Shown: positions 25,278 to 38,245 of the stretch, piece by piece
Layout: each line of letters starts with the position of its first letter
Position numbering within the stretch: the stretch's first letter is position 1
Assembly: GCF_036321535.1 (NCBI RefSeq)
Contig: NC_087438.1
Span: forward strand, 9,736,001 to 9,800,000
Reading direction: 5' to 3'
Length of the DNA: 64,000 nt
Origin: Camelus dromedarius
Taxonomy: Eukaryota
Translations under genes and position numbers: made by a program
Notes under the pieces: model-generated
What the model saw: only the letters and a program-made list of their open reading frames with translations
Database searches by the model: none
What the model was told of the DNA's origin: nothing

Positions 25278-27199
25278 CTGAAATGCATACGTTGAAACAG
25301 TGGATTAAGACAGGTTTAATTCTGCTGTGTAATTGGCTTATGTTCACAGAATGAAAAAAAAAGATGAAATATCAGTTTCACTCTTAGAATTCAGAAGCCC
25401 CTAGGACATCAATTTCCCCTGGGTTCTGACATTTAAATTTTCAAATTTTTCTTCGTCCTTAATGATATGAAGATATGATAGAATAGCTAATCACCCCGTG
25501 ACTACCAGATCAAGCTAACTCGGCACACTGTTCAAGACAGCTGAGGTCAACAGACTCACCCTCCACATACGAATACAGTCATGACCGATTCTGCTGTAAA
25601 GCAATTAGAACCCTTAATGGAATTAAATTTAACAGGTTTCAACTATTTTTTTCCTTAGGCTACATTTTCAATAGACACATCATAAAACAGGATTTCTATT
25701 TACATAAATGTGTTCATGGCCTCATCAGCACTTTAAAATATATTCTGCGAGTGGTAAGTTGCAGAAGCCTTTCTCCACTTATCATTTTTAATGAGGAAAA
25801 CACCAATTATTTTCTGAAGTTTTTGTCCCTTACCATGCACTTTTATTTCCCCTGATGCAGGACTAGAAATAGAAACACAGGTCTCTTTACCACCAACAAA
25901 TTAGCTGCATTCATTGCCTGTAACATTCTGCCTGAATTCATATGTGGAATTCTATTTTTGGCACAGACGTATCATTAATTCTATCAATAGCCACGCTGGT
26001 AGGTATCTCTAAATCGTATTTTATACCGTGTTATTGTAACTGCAATATTTTATGTGTGAATAAAAGTAGGGATCAATCTGGATAGATAAACTGCTTGAAT
26101 TTCAGATATCTAAAGAACTCTCTTTCAAGAGACACTGAAATTCTCAAAGACTGATAATAAATTGAGTAGAATAAAAACCTGTAATAAAAAGATCTTAATT
26201 TAAAAATGAGACAACTCATTCTATCATAACTTTAGAGACATGTTAACTGAAAGAGATGTTTATACATTTGATCTGAGGGCACAGGGAAGCATTCATGAGA
26301 GGACGTCTCCTGGCAAGGACCCCTGTTCCAAGGTCTCTGGGTGTTGACCACGCTGGGTGAGCCGGTTGAGTGGGGAGAGAACCTGCAATGGCCAGTAACC
26401 AGGTAGGTTCCTTCTCTATCATTGGCAATGAGAAGAGTTAATTCATATTAAAAAAAATAATAATAATAAAAATAAAGAAAGAAAGGAAAGAAAAAACCCT
26501 CTGGCTTTGGCAATAAATTTTTTGAAGGTGAGAAGAGAAAGGCGTCTGGTCAAAGCTGATTCTGAGTTTCTAAGCTGTGTGACTAGAGGGATGGACGATG
26601 GTGTGTCAAATAATTTGGAGAAGACAGTGGGAGAGCATTCCCCAGTTACTATAGCTGCCGTCAGGACCCACTGCCGTGGAATCTGCCAGAGCTCTGGGCG
26701 AGGCATCAGAATCTCAGCACTAAGGGAGTCTCTTCTGAGAGACTATCAGTTCTAACCCCATCCTGTCTCCCTTTCCCATCTACCTGAGTAACTTCCAGAA
26801 GATTCCAGTCACCCCAGGACCCAATCTCATCTCTATATGCCGCCATCCACGGATAAATCTGAGCCCTCCCACCCTCCCAAGTCTTTCCACTGGACACTCA
26901 GCATCCTCAGTGCCGTGATCAGGAAGCTCCTCTGCAAGGACACTCAGGTACTCGTTTTTCTTTTCCAAGTAGAAAATTATGTCCTAATGCCACACCTGTC
27001 ATTTAGCACAATTACCAACACATAATCAGTAAGCATGCTATCAAGTTATTATTGTGTTATCTTGAGAGATACACACTCACATATTTACAGACAGAGCAAG
27101 GAAAAATGTTTCTCTTTGGTATGACTTTTGATATATGTGTGTGTCTAGGAATATTCCCTTCTATACCACTAACATCATAAGCTTTAAGTCCTTGAGCTT

Positions 27200-27375
27200 G
27201 GGTTACAATTCTGATTGTTTGACTTCTTAGGTGTGTGATCTGGGGAAAAGATTTAACTTCTCCCAAACTCAGGTTCCTCATCTGCAAAATGAGAGTACTA
27301 AATTGCAAGATTTAAATGAAATAATGCATGTAAATTGCCTAGCAGAGCACCTGAGATATGAGAGATGCTAAGTAA
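27200..27375 (+). mobile_element. MIR SINE relic
   Basis: tgtgatctggggaaaagatttaacttctc...ctcaggttcctcatctgcaaaatg. Confidence 0.7.
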
Positions 27376-27539
27376 TTTCCTTCCCTACGTACAATCTAAA
27401 AATACAGAGCTGGAGGGGATTAGTCCCTACGCAAAAGAACCCTCCTAAGTACATTATCCTTACAGGATTTCCACTTGCCAATTACAACTGTGCACAACAA
27501 TAAAGTGATTAGGCAGAACATGGAGCAGCTTAAACATAC

Positions 27540-27752
27540 TTTTTTCCACCCAGCAGGAATTCTGGCGTCAAACATGCAATTCAGTGCATCTCGTAAATTT
27601 TCACTCATAATGATGGTGCCGTCAATGGCAAGTTTCAGTTCAGTCAGGGTGCTTCGGACGAGGGTGAGTACCCGTTGCATTCTGTCTATCTCCTGCCTGA
27701 GGAAAATATTCATCGGCTGGAAAGGCCCCATCTTCTGCAGCCTTTCTTTTAC
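27540..27752 (-). CDS. DNAH5: DNAH5 coding exon (~exon 76), 213 bp, C-terminal domain
   Basis: [71 protein letters not shown]; acceptor tggcag, donor GTATGT. Confidence 0.97.
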
Positions 27753-29365
27753 CTGCCATGGAGACAGACATCCAGCACGTAAAAAATTAGACGGCTACTA
27801 ATATATATGTAACTAGTGCCCAGGGGCTTCTGAAAGGGCCCACAACTTTACAATTCCATATATAGGAAACTTTTTTTTTTCACTGCCAGGAAACCAAGAA
27901 GAAATTTTAAAAAGAAATATCTATTAGATGACCAGCTGATTTTTCATCCCAGGTGGGAGAGAACAGGCAGCCATTAATTCACAGAAAAATCTAAAATGCA
28001 TGGTCACAACCACACAGCCTTCCAAACGGCAACTGCACTGCCTGGGAAATATTCACTTACTGCCAATCTAAGACCCGCACACACACACACACGGACACAC
28101 ATGAACACACGGACATGGACACACACAGACATGTGTACCCATACACAACCATCATATTCTCTGTCTCAAAAAAGAAAAAAAACTAGACTTCTGTTTTAAA
28201 GCTTTCTGTCTTTTCCATCAAAGGATCTATCCATCCATCCATCCAGCCATTCATCTCCATCTCATAAGGATATATTGAGAGTCTTTTGTGGGTCAGATAT
28301 GATGCCAGACTGAGTTGCTTTATCCTAAGGAAATTCAGCAAGAGGAAGGAGACTCTTCTAAACCCCATACTTACCATGTTTATTTAGGTAATTATCAGTA
28401 TATCTTGGGCATTTTTATTGCTTTATAAATATTTCGACCCCTGTTAGACATGAATGACTGCTTTTCTGATACTGTAATGAACGGGGCTCATGAAGGCTGA
28501 TCGCAACATTGATTTTCTCCAAGCAAGTGATCAGAGTTTCTTCCAGGGGAAATTATTCCCTTGGTGAGATTTCCTTGAGGTCAGTCTACAGTACTAGCAG
28601 CCAAAATGACCTGTTTCATGGAAAATAACAGGATGCTGAAGAAACAAAATGCTAGAGGTTTTCTTTTGAAAACCAGCTAGAAAGGGCAATATTTAAAAAA
28701 TGATTGCTCTGTGACAAAAAATGTCTTTCACTCAGTCCAGGTCATTTCTTAAGTAAGCCACTTACTTTTTGCTTTTATCGAAGATTTAAACATGTTATCG
28801 GGTAAATCTTTTCACAATATTTGCTAAAATGTCTCAAAAATTAACTTTCATAATTATCAGTTTTGCTTAGAAGTTACTTGCGTAGTAAAAAGATAAATCC
28901 ATTTTCAAAAGCCATGAGATGAGGAAGCTGCAGAGTTAATGATATAACTACAGACTCCCTGAAATTAAGAAGGTCTGAATTTTAGGGTGCGCATTAAATT
29001 GCACAACACTTTTTAAATAATTCTCGCTTTACTCTAAGAATACATTATTTTCCTTCAAACAGATGACAATCTGAAGTACCTCAAGGGAAGGTTCTAAAAA
29101 AGCAGTCCTAACACACACTTGCAGTTTAGTTATGAAATTAACATTCTCATCAGGTCTCTTTATTGTTTATATCTTGAAATGATTACATTTTCAGATTCAA
29201 AAATGTCTTTTTCTGGTTCTTCAGGAAGTGAGGTTTTTGAAGGATTTTTTAAATTTCAGAAAAATTATTTTTTGCCCTCCTCCCTTCATCCCCAGTCCCC
29301 CACCCCCACCCCACACCAACCAGACACAGCCACAGCGACGTTTTGTCAGGATGACGTCAACTCAC

Positions 29366-29581
29366 TTCAAATGGACCATAGCCGGGGGGCAGCTTTTCTA
29401 GCATATCATCAGCCAGCCGGGCCACCACCGCCTCCTGGGTCTCGTCCCCGCCACCAGAGCTGTCCTTGGGCTGGATGCCCAGGATGGTGTCCAGCACATC
29501 CTTGGCCAGCTTGCTCTGGTAGGTGATGTCAGCGTTGGGGTGCAGTCCAAACACCTCGGGACTGTCATAGGTGGGCAAACT
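29366..29581 (-). CDS. DNAH5: DNAH5 coding exon (~exon 75), 216 bp
   Basis: [72 protein letters not shown]; acceptor gttcag, donor GTGAGT. Confidence 0.97.
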
Positions 29582-30671
29582 CTGAACAACAAATACCCCA
29601 GGTAAGCACAGACTGCTGACCCAAGCACCAGTTCTGTGACACTGTCTTAGGAAATCAACATGCTTTTATTAGGACAAGCATTTACATGACACGCCTTATT
29701 TGTGGCAGGCCACAATCAATAATCTCTACGCGAAAGCATCAAAAGTTGCCATGAAGAAAATTAACCCATAGACTCACACCTCTTTAATGTCTGCCCCTCA
29801 AGCAAATTTAATCAGAGACACGATCTTGTTTCATAACATGTTTGTGAGATGGGAAGGGAACTATAGACTGGTATTTTGCTTTCTGAAGGTCTCATCTAAT
29901 TCAAACCGATTTTTTAAATAAATGGTGTATAACTAATGGTTACTAAAAATGACAGTTTTAGCAATGATGGCCCAAAACAGACCAGAGGTAAGAAATGGAT
30001 TCTCCCAAGGAGGAAGACAGAGACTAGGAAAAGCGGGAAATACTGAAAGAGCAGCAGAGTTAGAAAAACAGACAGCAGGAGGCAAGGAGAAGCACGGCTA
30101 GCAGGTAAACATCCCTCAGCTACTTGAAAAAACGCTCTCCTACAATTTGACATACATTTATTTCTGTGTGTGAATTGTATCCCTAACTTTATTCATGTTT
30201 TCCCTCCCTTCTAGTCCATGATTTTATTCCTTTTTACATAATGCCTTCTTGTGAGTTACCTAAAATTCATTGTGAAATGAGGAGTATATAAATAAATATA
30301 TGTACAGGCAGATCTAAATTTATACCTTCAAAGGCACTTCTCCTATTCAGGGCTAACGATTTAGAGACACATCTAGTACAGTTAAGACAAATATATTCGT
30401 AGATTTGAATTAATAAAAGTGTAGGGGTGGTAATATATGATAAACTCATTACACTCATATATCACAGAAACCTCTAAATGTACTGATAAATTTAGCTCTC
30501 TGGGGCTCTTGTGTTTTAGTTTGTTCACCTGAGATAAATCTTAGGGGCATAAGAGATCACTAAATAGTGATCTAATGAATTCAAGGTATAGAGACAGAAA
30601 ATGTAGTTACCTTGGAGCACAAATCAGATATTTTCTCAAATTTCTTGTCAAACTCTTATTCCTTCTTAGAG

Positions 30672-30883
30672 GAGTGCTTCTCAGTCAGAGGTGATTTTGC
30701 CCCCCACCAAGGACATTTGGCGATGTCTGGAGGTGTCTTAGGTTGTCACAACCAGGTAGGGAGTGTTACTGACACCTAGTAGGTAGAGGCCGGGGATTCT
30801 GCTGACCGGTCTACACAGGACAGCCCCCCACTGCGAGGAGGTACCCAGCTCTGAATGTCAACGGTGCCGAGGCTGAGACATTC
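30672..30883. mobile_element. MER20 DNA transposon relic
   Basis: ggtgattttgcccccc...ggacatttggcgatgtctggagg...ggtagaggccggggattctgct...aatgtcaacggtgccgaggctgag. Confidence 0.85.
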
Positions 30884-31375
30884 AGTCTTACAGGAAGCTC
30901 TTATACAGAGTGTGTTCCCAAACATACTCAGATGCTCTTCATTAGGCTAAGATTAAGGAACGGATGTTGCGGGATAAGAGAAGTGGGTAGAGAGTTGAGT
31001 CTAGAGGCTGTCTTTGCAACCTCAGGTAGCTGAAGTCTCACAGGGAGAGCACCCCAGGGGACTTGTGTAGGTTCCCTGGTTCCAAATCTGCTCAATCTGT
31101 CATCTCCCCAAAGGATACTCCTCACTGAGGCATTAAAAGAGAAGGGAAGGAGGGAACTCACGCAAAACACACACTGAGAACAAACATAAACATTTTAATT
31201 ATAAAATGAATATAAACATGAAGAAAGAAACTACGGTGCTTGAGACCTTCCATGTCCAGTATGTATCACTATTAAAATGTATGTTTAAAGAAATACATGT
31301 AGTATAAATAAATACCAAAGAAGTCAACTGGCCATAGACATTTGCCCTGTGCATAAAGTTCTGAAGACGACAAAC

Positions 31376-31579
31376 CTGGATATAGTGAAGATAGTTGTCC
31401 ACCGTGCTGCATTTTGGAATATTATATCCTTGGTAAAAATTGAAATCTGGTCCAAACATATTTTCACTGAACCAAACCTTAGCAAGTGTGTTCAGCAATC
31501 TCTTGTCGTAGTCATCAGTGACTCTGCCTCCGTACTGGATCTCTCCTATCATGTAGCGGACGGTGGTCCAGGAGACACC
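31376..31579 (-). CDS. DNAH5: DNAH5 coding exon (~exon 74), 204 bp
   Basis: [68 protein letters not shown] (YGGRVTD motif); acceptor cctcag, donor GTTTGT. Confidence 0.97.
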
Positions 31580-32220
31580 CTGAGGAAATTTGTAGAATAA
31601 TTGTGCAAAACTGACCGCTGTCTCATCCCCATTTGCCCCACCACGTAACATCCATATGCTCGTTGTCATCAATGTCATTAATTCCTCATTCATTCAGTCA
31701 TTCCTCAGTAATGTGAAAAGTGCAGAAAGAAAATTAAATAGGCAAACATGAGAGGTCACTCAATGCTCATGATTATGATTTGAAATAGATTCTCTTGGTG
31801 CATTTACACATTATCATATTTTAATTTCAGCAGAAAAAAAAATTTTTTTTTTAAATTTTGGGGCCATTCTTTAAATATTACACCCTTCAAAAGTGATCTA
31901 GACTCTGATTTTCAGCGTTCAGGACTTTAAGAAACAAGTTTCCTTACCCACTCCCTCCACCCTCCAATAGATCCTGGCAGGTTGTCTATATACATAATGT
32001 CAACTTGCCTTTGAGAAGTAAAAAGATAATCAAAACTTGTCCATTTTCCCCCCTGAAATCAAGAGGTTAGTGTGACCCAAGTTGCTATGACTTAAAAAGA
32101 ATGACTTTGCAAGCACAGAAAATCATCATTCTTACAGGATTTACCCCAAGGCTGGGCAGTCTTAGCTCGAGGACCCAAGACCACAGTCACCAGTGGCACG
32201 AAGCAGTGTGCACACAGTAC

Positions 32221-32426
32221 CTTTTTGAGATCCATGTCATCTAGGTGGTTTTGGATGAACTGCACCGTGGCGTTAAAGTCGGCTTGGTTAAATTCATAGG
32301 GGATGTTCCAGCCCAGGGGGCCGAACTTGCGCCGCTCCTGGACCGTGGAGTGGAGGAAAGCCACGGCGTACAGCAGGGGCTTCCACTGGGCCACGGCGCT
32401 CACATCCAGCAGGTCTTGGCTCACGC
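32221..32426 (-). CDS. DNAH5: DNAH5 coding exon (~exon 73), 206 bp, AAA6 small subdomain
   Basis: (G)[68 protein letters not shown]; acceptor caacag, donor GTACTG. Confidence 0.97.
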
Positions 32427-32873
32427 CTGTTGGGGTCCGTTGTGTGAAAAACTATATCATCTCTCAAACATCTTTATTTTCTACTACTTTTATAAGTTAT
32501 TAGTTATTTTTGTAAATTCTTGATATGAAACTTCACTGACCTTGAATTATTTTGATCATATTCATATGACAATTATGACTTCACTTTTGGGTATTCCCTC
32601 GAAAACGTATGCAAAGAGACTTGAGGGGAGTGGGGGATTGCTAACATGGACCAAGTTCCTGTCAACCTACCAAAATAATATGGGGATAAAATAGAAGTGG
32701 AAGAATCATGGCAGTAAAATAAGTACTATGACTATTACTACTACTACTACTAATAATGCTTATTGTTGTTGTTATTACTGTCAGGGGCACGTACACAGGT
32801 TGCAATGGCTCCAATAAACTCTATTAACAATTTAATATTAATTAAAATAGTGTATGTAGAAGCCCGTTGCTAT

Positions 32874-33079
32874 TAAGAAGTACAAACTATTAGACATAAA
32901 ATAAGCTACAAGGATGTATTGTACAACATGGGAAATACAGCCAGTATTTTATAATAACTATAAATGGAGTGTAACCTTTAAACATTGTCAATCACTATAT
33001 CATATACCTGTAACATATAATATTGTACAGTGATGGTACTTCAATTTAAAAAATTAAAAACAATAATAATAAAATATAA
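32874..33079 (+). mobile_element. 5'-truncated L1 3' end with TSD
   Basis: aagtacaaactattagacataaaataagctacaagg...tacttcaatttaaaaaa; degenerate TSD agaagcccgttgctat / agaagcccactgcaat. Confidence 0.82.
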
Positions 33080-33369
33080 AGAAGCCCACTGCAATCTGAG
33101 TATATTCCCCAAATATGAATTATGATTATTATATATGTATATATTATATTGCATATATAAAATTACAAATTCTTTCATTTGCAGTCTTTTTTCACTGACA
33201 TCATCCTTCCACGTCTGTTTTATTGGCAAAAGTTTGAGCGTTGTTAAAAACTCCAAGAAAAAATTTCTTTGTTGATTTTTCAGATTGACATGTAATAATT
33301 ATTACATTGATCATTATTATTATTAAATATACTATTTTAATTAAAATTTATTCCAACTGTCCTGGATAG

Positions 33370-33510
33370 TTTTCATTATCCCTATTTTAGATACGAGGAA
33401 ACTGAAACTCAGGTCGTTTAAGTGACTCACACCCGAGAAAGCAAAGCATTTGTTCAGATAGGACCAGAATCAGGATTTCTGACCCCGAGGTTCACACTCT
33501 TTCCATGACT
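33370..33510 (-). mobile_element. MIR SINE relic
   Basis: ccctattttagatacgaggaaactgaaactcag...ttaagtgact. Confidence 0.65.
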
Positions 33511-34074
33511 GTGAGTGTCAGACAGGAAGCTGTGAAACAGAGGGAGCAAATGTAAAGGGAATAACTCAGGTCCCACTGAGACACAAGGGGCATTTGGTCT
33601 GGTTTTGCTGCTAGTGTCTGGTTTCTAACTTAGCTAACATTCTGACAATCCGACTCACGTCTTCATGAAATGAAGGCAGGCCGCAACTTCCATTCAGCCT
33701 CTCCTCTTGGAAGGGGCTGCTGTCCGACTTTGGGTGTGGAGCATGAAGACCATCAACAATAGAATTATCAGTTTTAGATGGTCATGGAAAAAGGCAGGGG
33801 TCTAGTGGAGAACAGCATAGGCCAAAGCAGAGCAATGGGGAGCTGGGAAAAACAAACAGGAAAAATACAAGGTGGGGTCCTGAGCTCTGGTGCCCTCCCA
33901 CTGCCGGAGGTACTTAACGTGGAGCATGACAGAGGGCTGTCCCCCCGCCATCACTTCAAATAACAGTACCACTCACTACAACTAGATCTTAGCTAACTCC
34001 TTTTCCATAATTTCTTTAAGGAAACAATTTAAGCACAAGAACGCCCATAAGCTCAGAAGTATTCTTCGACTCAC

Positions 34075-34294
34075 CACCGTACATTCTTTTCAGTCCTGCC
34101 CGGAGGCCCTGTGGAGGCTCATTGGCAAACTTAATGGACATCTGGAGGAGTGTGATGGGAAACTGCTTATGAACCTCGGTGGTCATCCAGAGGCGGAAAG
34201 CATCATGTACGGTCTCCGTTTCCACAATTGTGTCCATCAGCTCATCCATGAAATCCAGTCCCAGGTGGCAGTTCTGCAGAAGTGCCCATCCTCC
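34075..34294 (-). CDS. DNAH5: DNAH5 coding exon (~exon 72), 220 bp, AAA6
   Basis: [73 protein letters not shown](G), with the GxWxLLQNCHL and FRLWxT dynein motifs; acceptor acctag, donor GTGAGT. Confidence 0.97.
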
Positions 34295-37200
34295 CTAGGT
34301 CAACAACGGGAAGTGGAAATTAGGCTATTCTTGTGTTTCACCCAGAGATGCAAATTAGTACGTTCTTTAGAAATCAAGTAGTTAAAATTTAATAGAAAAG
34401 CACTTTAAATTAATCAGGGTTAAATCTAAGGATAAAATAATGTCTGACAGAGGTATGCAACATTTTTGTTTTATTCCAGGTATGTGTCCTGCAATTGCAG
34501 TAATGATATATGCTAGGATTCATGAAAGTCACCAGACTGAAACATAAAGAGAGATAACAGCACTTTGAAGAGAGGTGGTTGACTCAAAACATCCGTTTTA
34601 GCTCAGCTCCTTCCCCAAATTCCATGAAGGACAAAGATAATGAGGGTGAAGACAATTTCAATAACATTTAAAACAGACTCAAGAAAGCTGAACCCTAAAC
34701 TGGCATTCATGGAGAGCAGAGACATAGCCTGATTTATACCAAGTTACTCCCCACACACTCAAGAATGGGAGACAACGGTCCCTCTGAAAGTGGGAGAAGA
34801 TGATGGACTAACACAAGGAGATTGAAAGTCCAGACCCCTGACGGGCTCCCCTATTGAAAGATGGAAAGTTGATTTTCTTCAGAAGGCAAAACAGACAGGG
34901 TTCCAAGTAGAGGACAGCAGACAGTTAAGAGTGTAAGGACTTCACTGAAAACAGGTGAAAGAAAGTTTACCTATTGAATTTTGAGACCTATTACCTCCCT
35001 TCTCAGAGTTCCCAGAACCCAGGCAGTGGGGCGTATACACTCTGGAAGGTGAAAGAATCTTCTCTGGGGAACCTGACCACTCTAAGAACAAGAGGCTTAG
35101 AAAATAGTAAGCCGTATCTCTTGTGTAAATCATTCTATGAGGATAAGAAGATTCCTTGGGTAAAGCTACACAGGCAACAATCTAGGTCGTGCAACAATAA
35201 TTAACTCAGTATCTAGTCCATAGAATATTTTTGCTAAAATCATCTACAATATCCGATCATAATCTTGAGTTGTTTTCTTGACTCTGCAACTTCCAATTAT
35301 TTAGATTTAATTAGTGGAACCTGAGATATTTTTCTTTTCAAGAAACAAACTAAGCACCAGATCTAAAAATCCTAGTAGAGTAACAAAAAAACTGATGATT
35401 TTGGAATTTCACATATTCCCTTAGCTTTTCTTAGAAGTATATAGCACTGCTGAGGGAATAACTTTTTTTTTGTCCCACAAACATTTAATTGACACTGTCC
35501 ATCATTCAAACAAAGGAGAAATTAAATGTGACACAAGCACAAAGAGGCTTCAGAGGCTCGGTGTCACCCAGCACACAGGCGGCTCCTTAGGGGAGATCTT
35601 TGAGGCGTCAATCTTCACCCACGGGATCCCTTCGCCAAGGCTGTTTCTTTGTTGTCACCACTTTCTATGTTAAATGTTTTGCATTTTTACTGAGCAGATT
35701 ATCCATTTTGCTGTTCTTGGGTAGCTGGTCCATTCTGTCTTAGCGCCTCGAACGTTTCTCACAAAACTTTTTAAAACCACTATCATCTCTGACAAGTTAT
35801 AAGCATGCTGAGAATAAAAATAAAGATTTGCTTAAATTTTACTTGAAATTTGACTACAAAACAGAAAGCATGGATCAACTGAAGGCCAAAAAAATCCCAT
35901 TTAAATTCTAATTGAGTTGCTGAAACTGTAATTATTAGTCACACCATTATTTATTTTAAACTCAAGTTAAACAAGCGGCCTGTGCCTGTGAGTGTTTTTG
36001 TTCTAAGTACAGCGCTGTGCAGAGGGAGGGATGGAGGAAGGAGCCAGGATGGAGGTCCACCAAACCCTCATGTTGGACCAGACCTGGGATTCTCAAACAT
36101 GGTGGAATTTTTTCATCTCTAAAGGTATTTAAATCACACGCTTTCTGCCTTCCCCCTCCTAACTGCAAACCAAGTGCATCAGACACAGCACAGCACACGT
36201 GAGAGGCCCCTCCCTTTCATCAAAGCTGGGGCAGGGCACAGCTTGAGGATGGAAGAGCCTCGAAGTAAATATGGAGGTTCTGGAACCCAGTGGGCTCAGT
36301 TCTAGACCGGGGGAGGGACCAGGATGCAGTAAGGTTCTAGATTCAGCAGCTGCACCCTAGAACCCAGTGGTTTCACGGTGAGCCTAGTGTCTGGGGGTTA
36401 CAGGGAGACAGCCAGTCCTATCCTCAGTGGGAGGCATTCCCTGGAGGGCACAGAGGAGTTTTGAGATATTGGGAGGAGAGCTCAGACTCAGGGAAGGAAG
36501 GTCAGGGTCTGCTCCCTAAAAAGGGCAGAAAAGCATCTGGACCAAGACTGCACGTTGTCCAGTAGGAATGAGAAGCCAAGTGGTTCTTCCACCCCTTGCT
36601 TGACCAAAGTGTGGAGGAAGAGGAGACCAGGGATGGAGGCACCCCCTGGGCAGAGTCGGGCACCCCAGAGAAGGCTAGATTAATGTACACGCAGAGGGTT
36701 CTGTCCTGGAGCTTGAGTTCTAGAGACGAAATAGGACCTTCTGTATTCAGTTACCTTAAATCCCTAAAAGTGCCTCAGCTCTAGACTTGACTGTCCCAGG
36801 AGCAGGGTCACCACGTGTCTCCAGCGATGGTGGCCCCCGGGCCAGGCCTGAGCACGGCATGCTCTGTACACTGTGGAATTTGCAAGCTGCAAAGGGCTCT
36901 AGGAGCCCCACCTGGAAGGCAACAGGCCAGGTTTCCTGAAACCTCTGCGACCACCACAGGGTAAGGGTAAGATTCCTGGCGTCTGGGATCCGGGCCAAGC
37001 CTAGGGGACTCCAGGATACAGATTACGCACTCTGGAACCCCAGAAAGGCACGGTGTTGTGGATTCAGGAGTGTTGTAGATTCCAAGAGCAGCGCTGGAGG
37101 GGCTGAAGGGTGTGGTGGAAACAGGGAGCTGCGAACCCCCCAGAGGGTTCGGGATCCGGAGTGGGCTTTAGCTCTACGCAAACTGGTCGGGAAGTAAGAT

Positions 37201-37422
37201 GTTCCGACTGGGCACGTTTTCCATAAGTCAAGGATCAGTAGAAAAAGTTTTAAGTTGCATTCATTTTTCCGTGAATATTTTCTATTCAATATCATGCTTT
37301 TCCCTATTTAGTAGACAGCATGCGGTACATTGATCTGAACAATTTACAGGTTCTTTTCTGCACTGCTCTTTTAGAACCTGTAACATCAACATCACAACAC
37401 AAAAGTAGACATTTGGCCTTAC

Positions 37423-37668
37423 GTTCACCATGGTTTGCTGCAAGAGCTTGCGAGCATGCACCTCCTGGCCCTGGCCCACTGACACGTAACGGGTTTCTAT
37501 TTTAAGTCTCTTTCCCAAGGCGATGATGGAATCTGTAGGATCTGAGCCCATAGACAGGAGACAGATGAGTGGTGTCCGTGGGTCAGATTCCTCCCACGTC
37601 TTCTCCAGGTCCAGGAGAACTCCTTCTGCATAGTTTTCTCCCATGGCATCCACGATGTACTTGCGGGC
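37423..37668 (-). CDS. DNAH5: DNAH5 coding exon (~exon 71), 246 bp, AAA6
   Basis: [82 protein letters not shown]; acceptor tggcag, donor GTAAGG. Confidence 0.97.
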
Positions 37669-37981
37669 CTGCCAAAAACAGTACACAAGTGACCGAAACT
37701 GGTTCCAGCCCCTTCATGTTATGTATAATCCAGTGTGGTTCCAAAATTCATTTTTGTAGATTATCTCAATCACGTCCACAGTAACCCTGCCAGAGAAATA
37801 GAGCAGAGGCTTTTCTCTTGTTTGTTCATTTGTTTGTTTGAAGCCCCACTGCACAGACTGGGAGGCTGAGTTACTTGGCAAACACACGATCACACAGGAA
37901 AAAGACCAGAACTCACGTTGGCTGACTTTTTGTCTGGGATCTGTTTCAATATACTGGCTGCTTCATGCTATACAAAAAAAC

Positions 37982-38245
37982 TTTTTTTAACTGAAGTGTA
38001 GTTGATTTCCAATATTAGTTTCAGATGTATTGCAAAGTGATCCAATATATATATATATATATATACATACACACACACACATATACACACATTTTATCAC
38101 ATAGGAAACAAACTATGGTTACCAAAGGGGTAGGGGGGAGGGATAAATTAGGAGTTTTGGATTAACATACACACATTACTATATATAAAACATATAAATA
38201 GCAAGGCTCTACTGTATAGCACAGGGAACTATATTTAATTTCTCA
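37982..38245 (-). mobile_element. L1 3' fragment with 5' inversion (twin-priming structure)
   Basis: 37982-38097 is an L1 terminus on the minus strand; 38098-38245 is the adjacent upstream L1 3' UTR segment on the plus strand. Confidence 0.75.
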
